From: Methanomassiliicoccales archaeon
Lineage (GTDB): Archaea; Thermoplasmatota; Thermoplasmata; Methanomassiliicoccales; JAAEEP01
Direction: 5' to 3'
Assembly (NCBI GenBank): GCA_046540255.1
Contig: JBKHFJ010000002.1
Location: 42,616-106,615 of the forward strand
Length of the DNA stretch: 64,000 nt
Part shown: positions 59,354-64,000 of the stretch, piece after piece
How the letters are laid out: every line of letters begins with the position of its first letter
Position numbering within the stretch: the first letter of the stretch is position 1
Notes under the pieces: model-generated
Databases searched by the model: none
What the model saw: only the letters and a program-made list of their open reading frames with translations
What the model was told of the DNA's origin: nothing
Program-made: the position numbers and the translations under genes

Positions 59354-60163
59354 TCACTCGACCACGATGGCCGCGTAGCCCACCACCTCCCGGGAGGGCA
59401 TCACGTCCCCGGAGGTGCCGTACCTGATCAGGCGGGCCTGCGATCCCTGCACCGCCTCGAGCATGGCCATCACCGGGCCGTAACCGCAGGTGGACACCCG
59501 CTCTTGGACCACGGTCTCGTACACCCCCTCGGGGTCGAGGTTCAGGATGCGCTCTATCACCTTCCCGTCCTTCTCCTCCGCCTCCTTCTGGGGCACGTAG
59601 TGGGAGAAGTCCGAGGAGGCGATGACCAACACGTCCCGGTCCCCGATGGCCTCCCTGATCTGGGCCCCCAGGTCCCTGGCGGTCTCGTAGTCCTGCAGGG
59701 ACATGAGCAGCGGCACGAAGGGAACGTCCCTGGAGAAGTACTGTATGAAGGGGAGTATTACCTCCAGGGAGTGCTCGTTCTGATGGGTGAACGGTTCGTC
59801 GTCCACCCATTTCTCCAGCCTACTCTGCAGGTCCCTGTCCACCCGGGCCACCCCCAGAGGGGTCTGGAAGTCCTGGGTGGTGGTGGAGACGGCGGCCCCG
59901 AACCCCTGATGGTTGGGGCCTATGATGATGAAGACCTCCGGGAAGCCGTCCTTGGCCAGCGCGTGAAACAGATGGGCTGCGACCGGGCCGGAGGCGGCCA
60001 GTCCGGCGTGGGGGCACACCGCCCCCCTTACCTTCCTCTCGCCCTTCCTCAGATCGGGTATCTCCCCCGGTCCCAGTGAGGAGAGGAAGCACCTCTCCAC
60101 CTCCCGCAGAAGACCTTCCTCATCGTCGGAGTAGAACATTCCCGCGACGGCCGGATACCTCAT
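59354..60163 (-). CDS. MEMO1-family protein (AmmeMemoRadiSam system protein B)
   Basis: MRYPAVAGMFY.....L......C......G.V.PHAG...SG..AA......IIIGPNH.G....SSDFSHY....A...D. Start at 60163 within the longer track ORF. Confidence 0.85.
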   Translation of the reverse strand: MRYPAVAGMFYSDDEEGLLREVERCFLSSLGPGEIPDLRKGERKVRGAVCPHAGLAASGPVAAHLFHALAKDGFPEVFIIIGPNHQGFGAAVSTTTQDFQTPLGVARVDRDLQSRLEKWVDDEPFTHQNEHSLEVILPFIQYFSRDVPFVPLLMSLQDYETARDLGAQIREAIGDRDVLVIASSDFSHYVPQKEAEEKDGKVIERILNLDPEGVYETVVQERVSTCGYGPVMAMLEAVQGSQARLIRYGTSGDVMPSREVVGYAAIVVE

Positions 60164-60201
60164 GATATCGTAGAGGGATGGGGGGCCTATATCAAGCTTT
60201 T

Positions 60202-60813
60202 CTACAGGCTGGCCTCGAAATCCTCGATCTCCAGCTTGAAGTCCTCGTCCTCCGAGATCAGACCCTTCTCCTTGAGAAACTCCCTGGTGAGGAGCCAGTA
60301 GATGCAGGCCAGTGCCCTCCTTCCCTTGTTGTTGGTGGGTATGATGAGGTCCACGTTCCTGGTCTCGTTGTTGGCGTCGCAGAGGGCGACGATGGGGATG
60401 CTGACGTTCAACCCCTCGGAGAGGGCCTGGTTGTCCGCCGCCGGATCGGTGACCATGAGAACCTCGGGCTCCACGTACTTGGGGACCTCGGGGTTGGTCA
60501 GGGTCCCGGGGACGAAACGACCGGGGAAACACATGGCCCCGATGGTCTTGGCGAAGGTCCTCACCGGCTTCTGCCCGTACTGCCTGGCCGATACCACCAG
60601 TATCCTCTCGGGGTCGTAGTTGGCAAGGAACTTGGCCGCAGCCCTGATCCTGTTATCGGTGAGCTTCACATCAAGGACGTACAGCCCGTCCGATCGCACC
60701 TTGAAGATGAATTCCTTCATATCGGCGCTCTTCTGCTGAGTGCCGATGTGGACCCCTGATGTGAGATAAACGTCCTCTGGTACCAGAAGTTCAGTGGTCT
60801 CTTCATCGTTCAT
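60202..60813 (-). CDS. rps2: 30S ribosomal protein S2 (uS2)
   Basis: ..[42 protein letters not shown]......ILVVSAR.YG. It sits directly downstream of rpoK, as in many archaea. Confidence 0.9.
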   Translation of the reverse strand: MNDEETTELLVPEDVYLTSGVHIGTQQKSADMKEFIFKVRSDGLYVLDVKLTDNRIRAAAKFLANYDPERILVVSARQYGQKPVRTFAKTIGAMCFPGRFVPGTLTNPEVPKYVEPEVLMVTDPAADNQALSEGLNVSIPIVALCDANNETRNVDLIIPTNNKGRRALACIYWLLTREFLKEKGLISEDEDFKLEIEDFEASL

Positions 60814-60822
60814 CGAATTACC

Positions 60823-60996
60823 TCATGTTTCCCTATTCACGGTTATCGGTATCAATCCCTTGTCGAACTCGATCATGGCGATCTTTATGGGGTCGATCAT
60901 GTCCTCGAGGACATCCACTATCATCGGCGCGCCGAGTGATATCTGGAGTGCCCTGGCACCTATTATGCGCGCCTTCTCAAACCTGGTATACTCCAT
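60823..60996 (-). CDS. rpoK: DNA-directed RNA polymerase subunit K (Rpo6)
   Basis: Absent from the ORF track (57 aa). My hand translation is [57 protein letters not shown], and [20 protein letters not shown] is the RpoK/Rpb6 signature. The stop lies 10 nt before the rps2 start. Confidence 0.8.
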   Translation of the reverse strand: MEYTRFEKARIIGARALQISLGAPMIVDVLEDMIDPIKIAMIEFDKGLIPITVNRET

Positions 60997-61086
60997 GGAT
61001 TCACCGTCAAGGGAGTGTCCCCATATTGGAATGGCCCTTATAAACCTTTTGCAGAATCCCGCTCAGTTCGATGCGTGACTGGCCCC

Positions 61087-62610
61087 TCACTCCGGGGGCC
61101 GGGGCAGCTCGAACCTGGAGTGCTCCCACAGGCCCAGTAGCCTCCGCCTTCCCCACAGCGAGTTCACCTCGAAGACGGCGATCGCCCTCTCGTAGATGTC
61201 GATCAGGTTGAAGGAATTCCCGAACAGGCTCCTCTGGTAGACGCTGGAGAGGGAGTTGGCGTTCACCACCACAGTGTGGTCCACCCTGGCCGCGTGGGGG
61301 TGGGAGGAGGTCCCGGTGAGCACCATGTCCACCTGGGCGTCCACCAGGTTCTTCAGCAGGTCCCCGCTGTCCTCCAGCAGCCCCTTTTCCCGGCTGTGGG
61401 GTATCGGCAACACGTTGTGATGCAGGAAGACGCCCCTCATCCTCTCGCTGGAGGATCCCAGGGCCTCCAGGAGCTCCCTTCTCTCGGTCGGCCCAACGAT
61501 GCCGGTGGGGGAGTCGTACTGGGCCGAGGAGACCCCCTGCAGGAGTATCTCCCCGTCCGAGTAGGACTGATCGAAGGGACCGAAGGTCCTCTCGAACAGG
61601 TGGTAGCCCAGGTAGTTGATGTCCCTTCCCGCCGGGGTGAACACCATGGGGCCGTCCACCGAGGACAGCTTCTCCATGGCCTTCTCGTAATCATGGGGTA
61701 TCCCCTCCCTCACCACCCCCCCGCAGTGGACGATCAGATCCGGCCCCAGGTCCCGGATCTTGGCCATGGCGTTGTCGAAGTGCGGTTCGAGGAAGCCCTT
61801 CGAATCGGTGATGAAGGTGTTGGAGATGTGGACCAGCCGGAAGAGCCTCTTCCCCAGGTCTGAGAACACCCTCTTCTCCCCGCGGGGGAAGGACTGGAGG
61901 GTGACCGCTCCGTCCACCCGCTTGGAGGTGACCCACATCTCCCCCTCCCCGATCCTCACCGAATCGTAGGAGTTCAGGTCCCCGTACCTGGTCTTCCTGG
62001 CCGAAGCGGTCCCGGCGTTCAGGAACACCGTGTTCCCGATCCGGTATATGTTGGGGTAGTGGCGGTGACCGGACAGCACCAGGTCCACGTCCGCCTTGGT
62101 GATCAGGTCCAGCATGTCCCCCGCGTTGAACAGGATGTTCCTCTCCCTCCCACCCCTGGGCACGGGAACGATGTGGTGATGGACGGCCACCACCTTCACC
62201 CCCTTCTCGCTGTACCTGTTCAGGGCCTCCCGGATCATGTTGAACTTGACCATGCCTACCCGACCCTGGTCGCTGTCGGCGAAGGCGCTGTTCACATGGA
62301 TGATCACCGTGTCCTCCAGCAGCCTCACCCCGCTGGTCGGCCCGATGTACCTCTCGAATAGGGAAAGCCCCCCGGATCGGGCGTCGTGGTTTCCGGGGAT
62401 GACGATGTAAGGTGGCTCCAGCCGGGAGAGGACCTCCTTCGCCCGCTCGAACTCCTCCACCCGACCTGACTGGGTAAGGTCGCCGGTGTGGATCAGGAGG
62501 TCGTAGTCCCCGGAGTTGGCCTCCTCCACGATCCCTTCCAGTGCTTTGGAGTTGAAGTGGGACTCCGATCCCACGTGCGTGTCGGATATGTGGAATATGC
62601 GCATCCTCAT
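61087..62610 (-). CDS. Tandem-domain metallophosphoesterase (intact N-domain, degenerate C-domain)
   Basis: N-domain: HISDTH, HTGDLTQSG, GNHD, HHH, GHRH. C-domain: HISNTF, HCGG, AGRD, LHHN, SSHPH, so most metal ligands are replaced. Confidence 0.8.
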   Translation of the reverse strand: MRMRIFHISDTHVGSESHFNSKALEGIVEEANSGDYDLLIHTGDLTQSGRVEEFERAKEVLSRLEPPYIVIPGNHDARSGGLSLFERYIGPTSGVRLLEDTVIIHVNSAFADSDQGRVGMVKFNMIREALNRYSEKGVKVVAVHHHIVPVPRGGRERNILFNAGDMLDLITKADVDLVLSGHRHYPNIYRIGNTVFLNAGTASARKTRYGDLNSYDSVRIGEGEMWVTSKRVDGAVTLQSFPRGEKRVFSDLGKRLFRLVHISNTFITDSKGFLEPHFDNAMAKIRDLGPDLIVHCGGVVREGIPHDYEKAMEKLSSVDGPMVFTPAGRDINYLGYHLFERTFGPFDQSYSDGEILLQGVSSAQYDSPTGIVGPTERRELLEALGSSSERMRGVFLHHNVLPIPHSREKGLLEDSGDLLKNLVDAQVDMVLTGTSSHPHAARVDHTVVVNANSLSSVYQRSLFGNSFNLIDIYERAIAVFEVNSLWGRRRLLGLWEHSRFELPRPPE

Positions 62611-63023
62611 TCCCTGGAAATGTAGGTCTCCAGTCTCAGCCTGTCCAGGTCCTCCAGGTCCCTCAGGGTGACTATCCCCTCGATCTCTCCTTCCTCGGTG
62701 ATCAGAAGGTGCTTTATTCGTCGCCTGTACATGATCTCCAGCGCGTCCTTCACCGGGGTGTTGATGTCCGCGGTGACCGGGTCCTCGGTCATCACCTCCT
62801 CCGCCCGGGTGTCCACCGACATGCCGGATGCGATGAGCCTCCTGATGTCCGAGTCGGTGATCAGGCCGACGACCTTCCCGCCCTCGGTCACCACGAGCGA
62901 GCCGATGCCGAACTCCACCATCCTCCCGGCGCCCTCCTGGATGGAGGTCCCTGCCTCCACCCCGATCAGCTTCTTGGTCACCATGTTCCTCACCGGCTCG
63001 TCCAAATCCCTGGTCGACCGCAT
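62607..63023 (-). CDS. CBS-domain pair protein
   Basis: Two CBS repeats (..VGSLVVTEGGKVVGLITDSDI.. and ..IKHLLITEEGEIEGIVTLRDL..). It overlaps the metallophosphoesterase start by 4 nt. Confidence 0.8.
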   Translation of the reverse strand: MRSTRDLDEPVRNMVTKKLIGVEAGTSIQEGAGRMVEFGIGSLVVTEGGKVVGLITDSDIRRLIASGMSVDTRAEEVMTEDPVTADINTPVKDALEIMYRRRIKHLLITEEGEIEGIVTLRDLEDLDRLRLETYISRE

Positions 63024-63025
63024 CT

Positions 63026-63895
63026 CTACACCTCGTGCTCCAGCCTCATGATTATATCGTCCAGTATCGTCTGGACAGTCCCGTCGAAATCCTCGTTCTC
63101 GATGACCCTCACCCCCTTGCTTTCGGCGCTCTCCACGATGAATTCCTGGATGCGGCGGATGTTCTCTATCTGGTTCACGTACCTCTCCGGGTTCCTCAGG
63201 CTGCCCTCCGACCGGAAGTAGATGTGCTGGATGTGGCGATCCTTGTCCTCCAGGTGGAGGACATAGTGGAACAGGTAGCAGGAGGGCTCCTCCGTATCGA
63301 TATCCAGAAAACCTGGCACCAGGTGGATGCCGTCGATCACCGTGTGCAGCCCCTCCCTGATCCCCCGCCGGATGAAGGACATCACCCCGGCGGCCACCAG
63401 GGAGACCTGCTGGGAGTAGGTGTAGATCAGGGTATCCTTGATCAGGGAGTCCTTGACGTGCCGGGAGGCGGCGAAGCTGGACTCGTGGAGCACCGGCATC
63501 AGCTCCCGGGGCATCATGAACCGCATGATCTCCCTTATGCCGTCCGAACCGATGGAACGGGTGATCCCCAGCCGATGGGCCACCTCCGAGGCGATGGAGG
63601 ATTTCCCCACCCCCGTGCCCCCTCCGATGAGCACCACCATGGGCGTCTCCAGGTACCGGATCCTGTTGATCACCCGGTAGTACCTCTCCGCCCTCTCGTA
63701 GCCCCTTTCCAGAAGATACCGGGAGACCATCTTGGCCAGCTCCCCCTGCTCCAGCACATCCTCTTCATCCAGGTCCCGGTGTATCTCCCTCGCCAGCTCA
63801 TAGACCTCGTCGTGGGGCAGTCCCGCCCTGGACAGGGACTTGGCCAGGATGCCCTCGGAGAACGGGAACCGCTGATCGCCCTTCACGATGTGCAC
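63026..63895 (-). CDS. 2-phosphoglycerate kinase
   Basis: An ATP-cone-like N-terminus, the P-loop VLIGGGTGVGKSSIASEVAHRLGITRSIGSDGIREIMR, and the rest collinear with archaeal 2PGK. GTG start at 63895. Confidence 0.8.
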   Translation of the reverse strand: MHIVKGDQRFPFSEGILAKSLSRAGLPHDEVYELAREIHRDLDEEDVLEQGELAKMVSRYLLERGYERAERYYRVINRIRYLETPMVVLIGGGTGVGKSSIASEVAHRLGITRSIGSDGIREIMRFMMPRELMPVLHESSFAASRHVKDSLIKDTLIYTYSQQVSLVAAGVMSFIRRGIREGLHTVIDGIHLVPGFLDIDTEEPSCYLFHYVLHLEDKDRHIQHIYFRSEGSLRNPERYVNQIENIRRIQEFIVESAESKGVRVIENEDFDGTVQTILDDIIMRLEHEV

Positions 63896-63902
63896 CAGTG
63901 GA

Positions 63903-64000
63903 TCACCCCTCCTCCCATCTATTGGCCCTCTCCCATAAAGTAACTATCGCCTCCTCCAGGTCGTCCACCGTCCCACCCACCAGCACGGGCTGGTTGTGCA
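63903..64000 (-). CDS. 3' end of an unidentified gene (5' end outside window)
   Basis: The minus-strand frame is open to the window edge and reads ..HNQPVLVGGTVDDLEEAIVTLWERANRWEEG, with stop TGA at 63903-63905, 7 nt before the 2PGK start. Confidence 0.3.
   Translation of the reverse strand, partial: HNQPVLVGGTVDDLEEAIVTLWERANRWEEG

Overview
The window is a high-GC segment (about 60-65% G+C by eye) of an archaeal chromosome, and almost all of it is coding. The archaeal assignment rests on fibrillarin, Nop5, aIF5A, Kae1, L15e, RpoK, PurP, CDP-archaeol synthase, an Sm protein, RPA with a COG3390-type partner, and an intron-containing tRNA. My guess is a Thermoplasmata/Methanomassiliicoccales-like euryarchaeon, but I cannot verify that from sequence alone. 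I support about 75 protein genes, 2 tRNAs (Leu-CAG; Val-GAC with a 20-nt intron at the canonical 37/38 position), one 57-aa gene missing from the ORF track (rpoK), and several small regulatory-looking repeats and palindromes. Genes are tightly packed, with many ATGA/GTGA start-stop overlaps and convergent genes that share CTAG stops. I found no rRNA, CRISPR array, transposase or integrase.

Most notable findings:
1. A tandem pair of DapA-family class I aldolase :: formaldehyde-activating-enzyme (Fae)-like fusion proteins (19100-21994). It sits next to a radical-SAM/SPASM-like protein that has lost its CX3CX2C motif and converges on an ArsR-V4R regulator. This is my best candidate for an undescribed system.
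2. An AT-rich island (40131-41240) carrying a cold-shock-domain gene and a zinc-ribbon membrane gene that has no usable start codon.
3. Five gene disruptions. One is an in-frame TAA in an MtaA/UroD-family gene. Four are single-base frame breaks at homopolymer runs, which points to either sequencing/assembly errors or real gene decay.
4. A roughly 250-nt GC-rich region upstream of serC-serA with a 9-mer repeated three times.
5. A near-perfect 18-nt tandem repeat in a divergent promoter.

All functional calls come from reading the translated ORFs. No database search was run.
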